Positions 10,564-19,713 of a stretch of DNA of 64,000 nt are shown here, one piece after another. Source of the stretch: an uncultured Actinomycetota bacterium (GTDB lineage Bacteria; Actinomycetota; UBA4738; HRBIN12). The position numbers and the translations under genes were made by a program. The stretch covers positions 168,653 to 232,652 of the forward strand of contig CAVXMB010000007.1 in NCBI GenBank assembly GCA_963762745.1, read 5' to 3'. Each line of letters starts with the position of its first letter. Position 1 is the first letter of the stretch. The notes below the pieces were generated by a model. That model ran no database searches, was not told where the DNA came from, and saw only the letters and a program-made list of their open reading frames with translations.

Positions 10564-12814
10564 AGGGGCGCCGGTACAGCCCCACCAGCCACCTCGCGGG
10601 CCCGACGGCTCGCCTGATCTCCCGGATCGCGGTCTCGGCGGCGTCGCCCGCATCCCTCGCCTGCTCGCCGTCGGGCTCATGTGCGGAGTAGGCGGCCGAG
10701 GTGGCGATCCTCGTCAAACGATCGAGGTCACCGTTCGAGAGGTAGCCGGTTCCCACGATCTTGCGCCGATACTCCTCCAACGTCTGTCCCGGACCGCGGC
10801 CGAGCCCCAGTCCGGCCGCACGCTCCGTGAACTGCTCATACGTCACCAGGATCAGTCTCCGGGGCTCGGCCGCGGCCCGGCGCAGTCGCATCCGTCGCCG
10901 CAGGGCACGAGTCGGCGGGACCACGAGGAGGACGATCGCCCCCACGATGGCCGCGATCAGCAGCGCCCTGCGCGCGCTGAGCGGGTCGTCCCGCAAGGGG
11001 GCGGGATCCGGGCCGATCGTCGGGCGCGGCGGGGTGCCTCCGAGCCTCGGATCCCGCTCGAGGCGATCGAGCTGGCTGCCGCCGGGTCCCCCCGTCTGGG
11101 CCCCCGTCTCTCCGCCGGTCTCCGTCCCCGTGTCGACGCAGTCCGGTCCGGGGCAGGCGTCGGCGGGGGGGTCGTAGCTGACGACCGTCGGGTTCACCCG
11201 CCGAGGGGTCGGTTCGAACGGCATCCAACCCCAACCGGGGAAATAGACCTCCACCCAGCTGTGGATCCGGTCGGACAGGACCGAGAACTGACCGGTGGTG
11301 CGCGTCGGGTTTCCGGTCGCGTAGCCCACCACGAGCCGAGACTGGATGCCGATCGACCGCAACATCACCCCCATCGACGCTGCGAACTGCTGACAGAAGC
11401 CGGCCTTCGATCTCGTCAGGAAGTCGAGGATCGAGAGCGTGCCCCCGCGGAGCTCCGTATAGGCGTCGTACGCGAACTCCGAAGGGTCCTGGAGACGTTC
11501 CTGGATCGCGAAGGCTTTGTCGAACGTGGTGGGAGCATCTGCGGTCCACTCCCGAGCGAGCGCCTCGATCTCCGCGATGTCCGGATCCTCGGGGAGCCGA
11601 AGGTACCGACCGTTCTCGAGCGGCGTGGAGATGGGCGCGTCACGGAGCTCCTCGCCGGTGGGCTGGACGAGCGAGGCCGTCACCGAGTAGCTGTCGCCTC
11701 GTTCGAGCGGAGGGTCCACGAACGTGGTCCCCGTCGCCGTGACGAACCGAACCGTCCGGCCGTCCGCCTCGATCGACGTCATCGGGTACGGCGTCGGCAG
11801 CCAGCGTTGCGCGAGGTCCGTAGAGATGTCGATGGTCATCGGGCTCGCCGGGGCCGAGGCACTGGCCCCGGGAACCCCGTCGCCCGGTTCGAGGACCGCC
11901 CCCTCCTCGAGGCCGGGCTTCCAGAGCACCCCGTCGAAGTCCGGGAGGGCCACGAGGCGGAGGTAGGTATTCCTCTCGGCCGTGACCCGAAGCACCTCGA
12001 CCGGCGTCTGCTGGGTCAAGAGATGCTGCACGGAGACGAACGGATCGATGGCGATGCGGTCCTCCGCCGGCGTTCCGAGGTCGACCAGGGCCCGTGAGCC
12101 GAAACCGGGGATGAAGATCGGTGCCAGGAGGGCTGCGCCCAACGCGCCGAACCCGAGGCGCCGTGCACCGCGACCCGCGGAGTTCGCGACCCCCCGCCGC
12201 CCGGACGACCAGACAGGTCCCCATCCTTGGACCCGAGCGAGTCCGTCGGCGAACACCACCAGGAGCGCAGCCGCCAAGAACGCGACCCCGTAGAGGGGTT
12301 TCACGAACTCCTCGAGCACGGTGTCGGCGAAGGCCACGAGCGCGACGGGCGGGATGAGCCCGAGGAGCGGACTTCCTGCCCGGAACGCGAGGGCGTGGGC
12401 GGAGAACACCGCCGCCCAGAGCGAGACGACCGCGGCGAGGAGAAGAGGGGCGATCGGCTCCGCCGGTGCGGCCTGGATCCTCGCCTGTTCGCCGACGAGG
12501 GCGGCGGCGTCGAGCGCCGCACTGAGTGTGTCCGCGGTCGGCACGCCGTACCACGTCGTCTGCGGGAAGACGACGATGCCGACGGCGAGCGCGAGCCCCG
12601 CCCCGCTCGCCGCGGTCGAGAGCAACAGGCCGCGCCGTTCGAACGCTGCCGCGAGCCCTGCGGCGGCGACCGCGGCGGCGAGCAGTTGCAGACTGCTCGC
12701 GGCGCCGAGGAAGACGCGACCGAACGCGAGCGCGGTCACCGCCGCGAGGAGCAGGGCGGCGACGAGCCCGATCAGACGGTGTGTGCGAGCGGACGTGCCA
12801 CCGGCGTATGCCAT
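10562..12814 (-). CDS. transglutaminase-like (TgpA-type) multi-pass membrane protein
   Basis: Transglutaminase core GFCQQFAASMGVMLRSIGIQSRLVVGYATG and many N-terminal transmembrane helices. It is the partner of the DUF58/MoxR genes. Start ATG 12814 was chosen to limit overlap with the DUF58 gene. Confidence 0.75.
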   Translation of the reverse strand: MAYAGGTSARTHRLIGLVAALLLAAVTALAFGRVFLGAASSLQLLAAAVAAAGLAAAFERRGLLLSTAASGAGLALAVGIVVFPQTTWYGVPTADTLSAALDAAALVGEQARIQAAPAEPIAPLLLAAVVSLWAAVFSAHALAFRAGSPLLGLIPPVALVAFADTVLEEFVKPLYGVAFLAAALLVVFADGLARVQGWGPVWSSGRRGVANSAGRGARRLGFGALGAALLAPIFIPGFGSRALVDLGTPAEDRIAIDPFVSVQHLLTQQTPVEVLRVTAERNTYLRLVALPDFDGVLWKPGLEEGAVLEPGDGVPGASASAPASPMTIDISTDLAQRWLPTPYPMTSIEADGRTVRFVTATGTTFVDPPLERGDSYSVTASLVQPTGEELRDAPISTPLENGRYLRLPEDPDIAEIEALAREWTADAPTTFDKAFAIQERLQDPSEFAYDAYTELRGGTLSILDFLTRSKAGFCQQFAASMGVMLRSIGIQSRLVVGYATGNPTRTTGQFSVLSDRIHSWVEVYFPGWGWMPFEPTPRRVNPTVVSYDPPADACPGPDCVDTGTETGGETGAQTGGPGGSQLDRLERDPRLGGTPPRPTIGPDPAPLRDDPLSARRALLIAAIVGAIVLLVVPPTRALRRRMRLRRAAAEPRRLILVTYEQFTERAAGLGLGRGPGQTLEEYRRKIVGTGYLSNGDLDRLTRIATSAAYSAHEPDGEQARDAGDAAETAIREIRRAVGPARWLVGLYRRP

Positions 12815-14001
12815 CGCTCCTGCAATCTCATGGAAGGGGGCAGGACGATCACGTCCCACCCCGCGCGGGCGAGGGACAGACGGGCCTGGCTGGCCCGCCC
12901 TTCGAGCTGGGCCTGTCGCTCCGGAGGGAGCCGGCCCGGGTCGGTCGGATAGATCAGGACCGCGAGCTTCTGTCCGAAGCCGGCGCCGGCCCGGATCAGC
13001 GGGCCGACCTCGGCGGGAACCGGCGGCGCCGACACGAACACGAGCGACGTGTCGGGCGAGGAGCCGGCGCGCAGGTGCGCGAGGGCCGGTCCCATCGATC
13101 GGACCTCTGCGTGGGACATCCCCGTGAGAGCGTCCATGAAGCGATCCTCGGACAGTGCGGCCGCCGGAAGCTCCGTGGTCCCGAGGCGGAGCACGAACCC
13201 GTGATGCGCCAGCAGGACACCGATCGAGGCGGCGACCGAGACTCCCCGCTCGAAGGCCGGTGTGTGGGAGCGGCCGAGGGCCGCCGACCGCGTGTCGAAG
13301 AAGACGAGGCCGCTCGCACGACGGGTCGATTCGTCCTGGCGGATCATCAGCTGGCCGGTGCGGGCGACGGACGGCCAATGGATCCGCCGGAGGTCGTCGC
13401 CCTCCTGGTACTGACGCATCGTGTAGTACTCCTGCCCCGTCCGGAACAGTTGCCGTGCCCTCGAGGCGCCGAAGGAGGGGCCGGAGGACGGATCCGGAGC
13501 CGCACCGAGATCTTCGATCTCGGGAGTCACGAGCAGCTCATCGCGTTCCGGGAACTCGAGCCGGAGCCGGGTCAAGGCGAACGGATCGGACACATCGACG
13601 ACCAGAGGGCCGAGGACGTACCGGCCGCGCGACTGCGGAACCAACGTGTACGTGGCTTGCTCGTGGGCACCCGGTCGGATCCCTCCGATCACGAGCCTCG
13701 CCGCTCGTCCGAGCGGCGTGGGGAGACGATCCTCCAGCAGGAGGAACGACGTCGCGATCGGGGAGCGGTTCTCCAGGTCGAGCGACACCATCACCCGCGA
13801 ACCGGGCTTGACACGGACCTCCGAGAGGCGCCGGCGCACGAGGATCTTGCGCGCGCCCCGTTTGGCCGCGAACGCGGCCAACAGGGGGAGCGCGGCGATA
13901 CCGATCGCGATCACCTCGAGGCCGGGCGAGCCGAGGAGTCGAGAGGCGAGCCACATCGCGAGGCCCGTCACGAAGACGGTGACGCCCCGGCCGGCGAGCA
14001 T
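12772..14001 (-). CDS. DUF58 (vWA-like) protein, MoxR partner
   Basis: EGDDLRRIHWPSVARTG motif with two N-terminal transmembrane segments. Confidence 0.8.
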   Translation of the reverse strand: MLAGRGVTVFVTGLAMWLASRLLGSPGLEVIAIGIAALPLLAAFAAKRGARKILVRRRLSEVRVKPGSRVMVSLDLENRSPIATSFLLLEDRLPTPLGRAARLVIGGIRPGAHEQATYTLVPQSRGRYVLGPLVVDVSDPFALTRLRLEFPERDELLVTPEIEDLGAAPDPSSGPSFGASRARQLFRTGQEYYTMRQYQEGDDLRRIHWPSVARTGQLMIRQDESTRRASGLVFFDTRSAALGRSHTPAFERGVSVAASIGVLLAHHGFVLRLGTTELPAAALSEDRFMDALTGMSHAEVRSMGPALAHLRAGSSPDTSLVFVSAPPVPAEVGPLIRAGAGFGQKLAVLIYPTDPGRLPPERQAQLEGRASQARLSLARAGWDVIVLPPSMRLQERWHTPVARPLAHTV

Positions 14002-14017
14002 CAGGGGTCCGCGAGCA

Positions 14018-14992
14018 TCACGGCTTCTCCGCGACGGGAACGTCGACCTCGTCGACGATCTCCCTCACGAGGACGTCGGCCGAGCGCCCGCTCATGATCG
14101 CGTCCGCGGTGACGATGATGCGATGGGAAAGCGCCGAGGGAGCGAGGGTCTTCACGTCGTCGGGGATCACGTAGTCCCGTTCCTCAGCCGCTGCGAGTGC
14201 CCGAGCGGCCCGAAGGATCATGATCGAGGCTCGCGGGCTCGCGCCCAGATACACGTCCGAGTGCCGCCGCGTCGCCTCGACCAGCTCGACGATGTACTTC
14301 CGGATCGCCGGCGCCGCGTGGATCTGCCTGGCCTCCTCGATCATGTCGCGGACTCCCCGCGCGTCGCTCACCGGCCCGATGTCGTCGAGCGGTGCGCCCG
14401 AGGCGTGGCTCGCGAGGATCTCCGCCTCCACCTCCGAGGACGGGTAGCCGATCGCGAGACGCAGCATGAACCGATCCAGCTGTGCCTCCGGGAGCGGGTA
14501 GGTGCCCTCGTGCTCGATCGGGTTCTGCGTGGCGATCACGATGAACGGGGTCCCGAGCGTGTGGGTCTCCGTGTCCACCGTGACCTGTCGCTCCTCCATG
14601 CACTCGAGCAGTGCGGACTGTGTCTTCGGGGACGCTCGATTGATCTCGTCACCGAGCACGATGTTGGCGAAGATGGCGCCGGGCTTGAACTCGAAGTCTC
14701 CGGTCTCCTGACTGAAGACGTTGACTCCGGTGACATCAGTGGGCAGGAGATCGGGTGTGAACTGGATCCGTCGAAAGGAGCAATCGATCGAACGGGCGAT
14801 GGACTTGGCCAGCATGGTCTTGCCGACGCCCGGCACGTCCTCGATCAGGAGGTGCCCCTCGGCGATCAGCGCGACGAGCGCCAGCCTGATCTCCCGGTGC
14901 TTGCCCCGGACCACGCGTTCGACGTTCTCCTCGATCTCGCGGAACCGAGCAGCGAACGCCTGTGGGTCCGGGAGCTTCTCTCGTACCTCCAT
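14018..14992 (-). CDS. moxR: MoxR-family AAA+ ATPase
   Basis: Walker A GVGKTMLAKS, Walker B LLGDEINRASPKTQSALLE and the AAA lid. ATG 14992 gives a start at MEVREKL. Confidence 0.9.
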   Translation of the reverse strand: MEVREKLPDPQAFAARFREIEENVERVVRGKHREIRLALVALIAEGHLLIEDVPGVGKTMLAKSIARSIDCSFRRIQFTPDLLPTDVTGVNVFSQETGDFEFKPGAIFANIVLGDEINRASPKTQSALLECMEERQVTVDTETHTLGTPFIVIATQNPIEHEGTYPLPEAQLDRFMLRLAIGYPSSEVEAEILASHASGAPLDDIGPVSDARGVRDMIEEARQIHAAPAIRKYIVELVEATRRHSDVYLGASPRASIMILRAARALAAAEERDYVIPDDVKTLAPSALSHRIIVTADAIMSGRSADVLVREIVDEVDVPVAEKP

Positions 14993-15017
14993 CAGTTCGA
15001 CCCCCGACCTCGGAACG

Positions 15018-15043
15018 ATGAGCAGTATCCCCAGATGAGCAGT
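15018..15043. repeat. direct repeat GATGAGCAGT x2 (16-nt spacing) in a locally AT-rich stretch just upstream of moxR
   Basis: Read from the sequence; possible operator or promoter element. Confidence 0.35.
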
Positions 15044-15314
15044 GTTCTCAATAGTACGTCTGTGGCGGAGGGCGGGTTGCCCCCGAGGGAGGAGACGGCG
15101 CTCGGCGACGGCAAGTTCCCGACAGATGGCTTTCGTCGAGGTGAGGTGGGCGGGCCGGCCAACGAACGGACGCCCCGAGCGGCCCCTATTCGCAAAGATC
15201 AGGCATCGCGCGTGGGCCGACCCGCCTCGACCGGGAAGATTACACCCTTGTGATTCACCTGTCTGCATCTTCCGTGGTCCCTCGCAGCTCGTGTGAGGTC
15301 GTTACACTGCGCGG

Positions 15315-15800
15315 ATGGGACGCGCCCTCGTGCTGAACGCGTCGGAGTCGCCGCTCGCAGTGGTGGCAGCCAGGCGAGCGGTCGTCATGGTGCTCAAGGA
15401 GAAGGCCGACGTCGTGGTCAGCAACGGCCTGGTGTTCCATTCGGCCCACCTGACGATCGAGGCGCCCTCGGTGGTTCGGTTGCGCCGGTACGTGCACGTG
15501 CCGTATCGGCCGCACGCCCCGCTCACGCGCCGGGCGGTCTTCGCACGTGACCTCAGCACGTGCCAGTACTGCGGCGCCCCTGCAGAGAACCTCGACCACG
15601 TGATCCCGCGATCCCGGGGCGGGCTCCATTCGTGGGAGAACGTCGTCGCCTCCTGCCGCAAGTGCAACGCGCGGAAGGAAGACCGAACCCCGCACGAAGC
15701 CGGCTTCTCTCTGCTGCGTCAGCCGTACGCTCCCCGGGACGGGTTCCACCTCACACTGGGCCGGATCGAACCCGGCTGGGAGCTCTACCTCGCCTCGTAG
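15315..15800 (+). CDS. HNH endonuclease
   Basis: CQYCG...DHVIPRSRGG...WENVVASCRKCNARK, an HNH zinc-finger nuclease motif. Confidence 0.8.
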   Translation: MGRALVLNASESPLAVVAARRAVVMVLKEKADVVVSNGLVFHSAHLTIEAPSVVRLRRYVHVPYRPHAPLTRRAVFARDLSTCQYCGAPAENLDHVIPRSRGGLHSWENVVASCRKCNARKEDRTPHEAGFSLLRQPYAPRDGFHLTLGRIEPGWELYLAS

Positions 15801-15896
15801 CGTTCCTCGGTTCCCTTCCCCCGGTCCTCCGCTCCCACCCATCGGCTCACCGGATCACTTTCGGGCCCCGGACGCCCCATTTCCACCCCTCATCTA

Positions 15897-15940
15897 TTGA
15901 CGCGGTGGAGTGTTAGTGGCATAAACGTGGGGCTCAGTGG
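15897..15940 (+). promoter_or_regulatory. mraZ promoter region with four GTGG direct repeats at 10-11 bp periodicity (putative MraZ operator)
   Basis: TTGACG at 15897-15902, then GTGG at 15905, 15916, 15927 and 15937, immediately upstream of the mraZ GTG 15959. MraZ is known to bind phased GTGG/TGGG repeats at its own promoter. Confidence 0.45.
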
Positions 15941-15958
15941 AGGAGAGGGGAGGAAGGC

Positions 15959-16420
15959 GTGGCCGAGCTTCTCGGCACGCACAGCTATTCACTCGACCCG
16001 AAAGGCAGGGTGTCGCTGCCCGCGAAGTTCCGCGAGGCATTCGACGAAGGCCTCTGGCTCACGCTGGGCCAGGACCGCTGTCTGTATTGCTTCCCCAGGG
16101 TCGAGTGGGAGCGGCGGAGCAGTGAGGTCGACGCCTTCGCCCTCTCCGACAAGGACGGCCGCGCCTTCTCTCGTCTGTTCTTCTCCTCGGCCGACGAGGT
16201 GAGGCTCGACGGACAGGGACGCGTGACGATCCCGCAACGGCTCCGGGAGGCGGTCGGGATCAAGAAGGCGGTCGTGGTCCTCGGTGTTCGCGAGCGGATG
16301 GAGATCTGGGACCGCGAGGAGTACGAGCGGTACCGGGACGCCCATGCGGCCGCGTACGAGAACGGGGACCTGGAGCCCCGGGGTCCCGCGACCTCGGGCC
16401 TGCAGGCCCTGAACGCGTAG
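15959..16420 (+). CDS. mraZ: transcriptional regulator MraZ
   Basis: MAELLGTHSYSLDPKGRVSLPAKFRE, a duplicated DUF-UPF0040 fold. It is the first gene of the dcw cluster. Confidence 0.9.
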   Translation: MAELLGTHSYSLDPKGRVSLPAKFREAFDEGLWLTLGQDRCLYCFPRVEWERRSSEVDAFALSDKDGRAFSRLFFSSADEVRLDGQGRVTIPQRLREAVGIKKAVVVLGVRERMEIWDREEYERYRDAHAAAYENGDLEPRGPATSGLQALNA

Positions 16421-16435
16421 GTAGCAAGGCCAAGG

Positions 16436-16488
16436 AGCGAAGCGGTAGCGCAAGAAGGATCGGCGCTCAAGTAGCGAAGCGGTAGCGC
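16436..16488. repeat. direct repeat AGCGAAGCGGTAGCGC (two copies, 16436-16451 and 16473-16488) in the mraZ-rsmH spacer
   Basis: Read from the sequence. It sits within a GTAGCG-rich leader to the small ORF at 16514. Confidence 0.5.
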
Positions 16489-16513
16489 GATGACGCAAGA
16501 AAGGGAGGGTGGG

Positions 16514-16627
16514 ATGCAGACGAAGCTTTCGACGGAGGTGCGACAGAGCCTCTCGCTCCTGGCGATGACGGCCCTGACGCTGCTCGCGTCGATCGGCCTG
16601 GGGATCTTGGCGGGACAGATCGGGTGA
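16514..16627 (+). CDS. small hydrophobic peptide (37 aa) encoded between mraZ and rsmH
   Basis: ATG with a strong SD (AAGGGAGGGTGGG). Protein: MQTKLSTEVRQSLSLLAMTALTLLASIGLGILAGQIG*. GC3 is about 90%. The stop (16625-16627) abuts the rsmH GTG at 16629. It is too short for the ORF track. Confidence 0.5.
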   Translation: MQTKLSTEVRQSLSLLAMTALTLLASIGLGILAGQIG

Positions 16628-16628
16628 C

Positions 16629-17516
16629 GTGGCGAACGACACCGCACGGCACGAGCCCGCGATGGTCGCCGAGGTCGTCGACATCCTGGTCACCGAGGGG
16701 TCGGCGGCCGGAGGAACGGTGGCCGATATGACGGTCGGAGCCGGCGGGCATGCCGAGGCGCTCCTCGAGGCCGGCGTCGGTCGCGTGATCGGGTTCGATC
16801 GCGACGAAGAGGCGTTGGCCATCGCGCGCGCTCGCCTCGCACGGTTCGGCAACCGGTTCACCGCTGTGTATCGACGCTTCTCCCAGGTCGGAGAGGCCGA
16901 AGCCACGGGGCCGCTGCACGGGGTCCTCTTCGACCTGGGAGTGTCGTCGATGCAGCTCGACAAGCCCGCTCGAGGGTTCGGGTATCGCGTGGACGGGCCG
17001 CTGGACATGCGGATGGGCGGGAGCGACGTCACCGCGGCGGACCTGGTGAACGATCTTCCGGAGCACGAGCTCGCCGACCTGCTCTTCGAGTTCGGGCAAG
17101 AGCACCGGTCGCGCCGGATCGCGCGGGCGATCGTCCGGAACCGGGAACGGGCTCGCATCGAGACCACCGACCAGCTGGCCGGTGTGGTCGTGGGCGCTGT
17201 GGGACGACGTCCGGGGGGCCCCCACCCCGCGCGTCGGGCGTTCCAGGCGCTCCGCATCGCGGTCAACCGGGAGCTCGAGGAGCTCTCCGCCTCCCTGCCT
17301 CGGGCGGCCGGACTCCTCGGCCCCGGTGGCCGCGTGGTCGTGCTCTCATACCACTCACTGGAGGACGGGATCGTGAAGCGAGCGTTCCGCGACGACGACC
17401 GCCTCCGCGTGCTCACCAAGAAGCCCATGACTCCCTCCGAGGAGGAAACGGCTCGGAACCCACGGGCTCGCAGCGCGAAGCTGCGCGCGGCCGAGCGCAT
17501 GGAGGAGGCGGCATGA
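16629..17516 (+). CDS. rsmH: 16S rRNA (cytosine1402-N4)-methyltransferase RsmH (MraW)
   Basis: SAM-dependent methyltransferase motifs at the conserved dcw position. Confidence 0.9.
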   Translation: MANDTARHEPAMVAEVVDILVTEGSAAGGTVADMTVGAGGHAEALLEAGVGRVIGFDRDEEALAIARARLARFGNRFTAVYRRFSQVGEAEATGPLHGVLFDLGVSSMQLDKPARGFGYRVDGPLDMRMGGSDVTAADLVNDLPEHELADLLFEFGQEHRSRRIARAIVRNRERARIETTDQLAGVVVGAVGRRPGGPHPARRAFQALRIAVNRELEELSASLPRAAGLLGPGGRVVVLSYHSLEDGIVKRAFRDDDRLRVLTKKPMTPSEEETARNPRARSAKLRAAERMEEAA

Positions 17517-17968
17517 GTCTCCCCGCGCGCGAGGCGGAGCGCTGGGCGACGCCCACCCCCGAGCCCATTCGACGTCGTGCGGTCACCCCCGCACGCTCGC
17601 CCGCGGCACGCCCGCCGGTCCCCGAACCTCCCCATCCCCATCGGCGGGCGCGCCGCGGGCACCACTCCGCCTTCTGGGTTCTCACCGCGATGGTGGTGTC
17701 CGCCATGGTCGTGGGTCTCGTGTCCCTGAACGCGATGCGCGTGGATGCCGCCTATCGGACCCGTTCGGTGACCGAGCGGGTGCGCTTGCTGACGGATGAG
17801 CGCCGCATGTTGGTGAACGACGTCGCTCGGCTGTCTTCGCCCTCGCGGATCGGCACGTGGGCCCGCGCGGCCGGCCTCGTGCACCCGGAATCCGGCGACG
17901 TCGTGATCCTGCAGGTGCAGGGTTCGTCCCGCTCGTCTTCTTCTCTCGAGGACGAGGTCGGGGAGTGA
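17513..17968 (+). CDS. ftsL: cell division protein FtsL
   Basis: Single transmembrane segment plus a coiled-coil region, between rsmH and ftsI, with an ATGA overlap with rsmH. Confidence 0.75.
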   Translation: MSLPAREAERWATPTPEPIRRRAVTPARSPAARPPVPEPPHPHRRARRGHHSAFWVLTAMVVSAMVVGLVSLNAMRVDAAYRTRSVTERVRLLTDERRMLVNDVARLSSPSRIGTWARAAGLVHPESGDVVILQVQGSSRSSSSLEDEVGE

Positions 17969-19671
17969 AGCGTCCACCGGCGGGGCGCCTCGTGGCCCTG
18001 CTGGGAGCGATGCTGCTCGCCCTCGTCGGCGTCCTCGCGCGACTGGTCGTCTTGCAGGTGGGCGACCATCGAGCGTTGGCGGCGCAAGGACTGCAGCAGC
18101 GGGTCCATCCGACCGATCTCCCGGCCGAACGAGGAGCGATCGTGGATCGCACCGGCGTGCCGCTCGCGATCACCCTCGAGGCGCGGGACATCTACGTGGA
18201 TCCGCGCTACGTGACCGACCCGATCGCGGAAGCGAGGAAGGTCGCCCGGGTCCTCGACATGCGGGTCCGAGACGTGGAGCGACGACTGCGGACGCGCGAC
18301 GCGACGTTCGTCTACCTCGGCCGGCAGGTCGACGTGGAGGTCGCGGATCGTCTCGAAGCGCTCGGTCTGCCGGGGATCGGATTCCTGGACGTCCCGAAGC
18401 GGTACTACCCGGCGGGCTCGCTCGCACCGCAGGTGCTCGGGTTCGTCGGCGTCGACGCGACCGGGCTGGCGGGGCTCGAATTCGAGTACGAGGACATCCT
18501 GGCGGGCACACCGGGGACGCGCACGGTCGAACTGGACGGCGACGGCCTGCCGATCGCCAGCGGCATCGAGGTCCTGGAACCCGCGGTTCCCGGCAGGACG
18601 CTCGTCACCACGCTCGATCGAGAGATCCAGTACCTCGCGCAGGAAGCGCTCCGCAGGGCGGTGAAGGAGAACCACGCCAAGGGCGGCACGATCGTCGTGA
18701 TGGACGCGCGCACCGGCGACATCTCCGCGATGGCCAGCTATCCCTGGTTCGATCCCAACGAATTCGCGCACGCCAACCGCGATGCGGTGCGGAACCGGGC
18801 GGTCACGGACATGTTCGAACCCGGATCGGTGAACAAGGTCGTGACCGCTGCTGCCGCGCTGGAGAGCGGATCGGTGGGCGTGCGGGAGATCTTCCAGGTG
18901 CCGTGGTGGATGCGGATCGGCGGGTACACGGTGAACGACGCGCACCCGCATGCCGTCCAGGCGATGACACTCGGTGACATCGTCGCCCATTCCAGCAACA
19001 TCGGATCCGCGATGGTCGCCGAGCGGGTGGGGAGCGCGCAGCTCGCGTCGGTCCTCGCGCGGTTCGGCTACGGAAGCCCGACCGGTGTCGGGTTCCCCGG
19101 CGAGGCGGGTGGCGTCGTCCCCGACCTGATGGACTGGACCGACATCACTCGCGCCACGGTCGCCTACGGCCAGGGGATCTCGATGACTCCCCTGCAGATG
19201 GCCGCGGTCTACGCCACGGTGGCGAACGGAGGGGTGTCGGTGCAGCCTCGCCTCGTGCGTGGGACGTCCGAGCCGGACGGACGCCTGGTGGAAGCACCGC
19301 GCGAGGAGTCGCATCGCGTCCTGTCCGAGGACACGGCGTCGATGCTCACCCGGATGCTCGCGTCCGTCGTGGAGACGGGTACCGGCGGGGCCGCCCAGAT
19401 CCCCGGGTATCAGGTGGCGGGGAAGACGGGCACCGCACGCAAGCTGGTCGACGGCCGGTACGTCCATCGGTACATGGCGTCGTTCGTGGGGTTCCTTCCC
19501 GCCTCGGATCCTCGGGTGGTCATCGTCGTCTCCATCGACGAGCCCCGAACCGTGTACGGCGGCGTGGCGGCGGCCCCTGTGTTCTCCGAGATCGCTCGTC
19601 ACGTGATCCAGCGGCTGGCCATCCCGGCCGCGCCTCCCGTCCCGCTCCCGCCGTTCGCTTCCGATCCCTGA
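17965..19671 (+). CDS. ftsI: peptidoglycan D,D-transpeptidase FtsI (PBP3)
   Basis: SVNK, SSN and KTG penicillin-binding motifs. The GTG start overlaps the ftsL stop. Confidence 0.9.
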   Translation: MKRPPAGRLVALLGAMLLALVGVLARLVVLQVGDHRALAAQGLQQRVHPTDLPAERGAIVDRTGVPLAITLEARDIYVDPRYVTDPIAEARKVARVLDMRVRDVERRLRTRDATFVYLGRQVDVEVADRLEALGLPGIGFLDVPKRYYPAGSLAPQVLGFVGVDATGLAGLEFEYEDILAGTPGTRTVELDGDGLPIASGIEVLEPAVPGRTLVTTLDREIQYLAQEALRRAVKENHAKGGTIVVMDARTGDISAMASYPWFDPNEFAHANRDAVRNRAVTDMFEPGSVNKVVTAAAALESGSVGVREIFQVPWWMRIGGYTVNDAHPHAVQAMTLGDIVAHSSNIGSAMVAERVGSAQLASVLARFGYGSPTGVGFPGEAGGVVPDLMDWTDITRATVAYGQGISMTPLQMAAVYATVANGGVSVQPRLVRGTSEPDGRLVEAPREESHRVLSEDTASMLTRMLASVVETGTGGAAQIPGYQVAGKTGTARKLVDGRYVHRYMASFVGFLPASDPRVVIVVSIDEPRTVYGGVAAAPVFSEIARHVIQRLAIPAAPPVPLPPFASDP

Positions 19672-19713
19672 GCCTGCGAGGTCCAGCAGCAAGCCCCGGT
19701 ACGCTGGGCGGCG

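Noticed and set aside
15042-15296. 84-aa ORF in the moxR-HNH spacer
   Set aside because: No SD and mediocre codon bias. The region is better explained as divergent promoter DNA.
15989-17977. 662-aa minus-strand ORF, and the 1142-aa ORF at 17752..21180
   Set aside because: Antisense to mraZ/rsmH/ftsL and ftsI/murE respectively; GC-driven artefacts.
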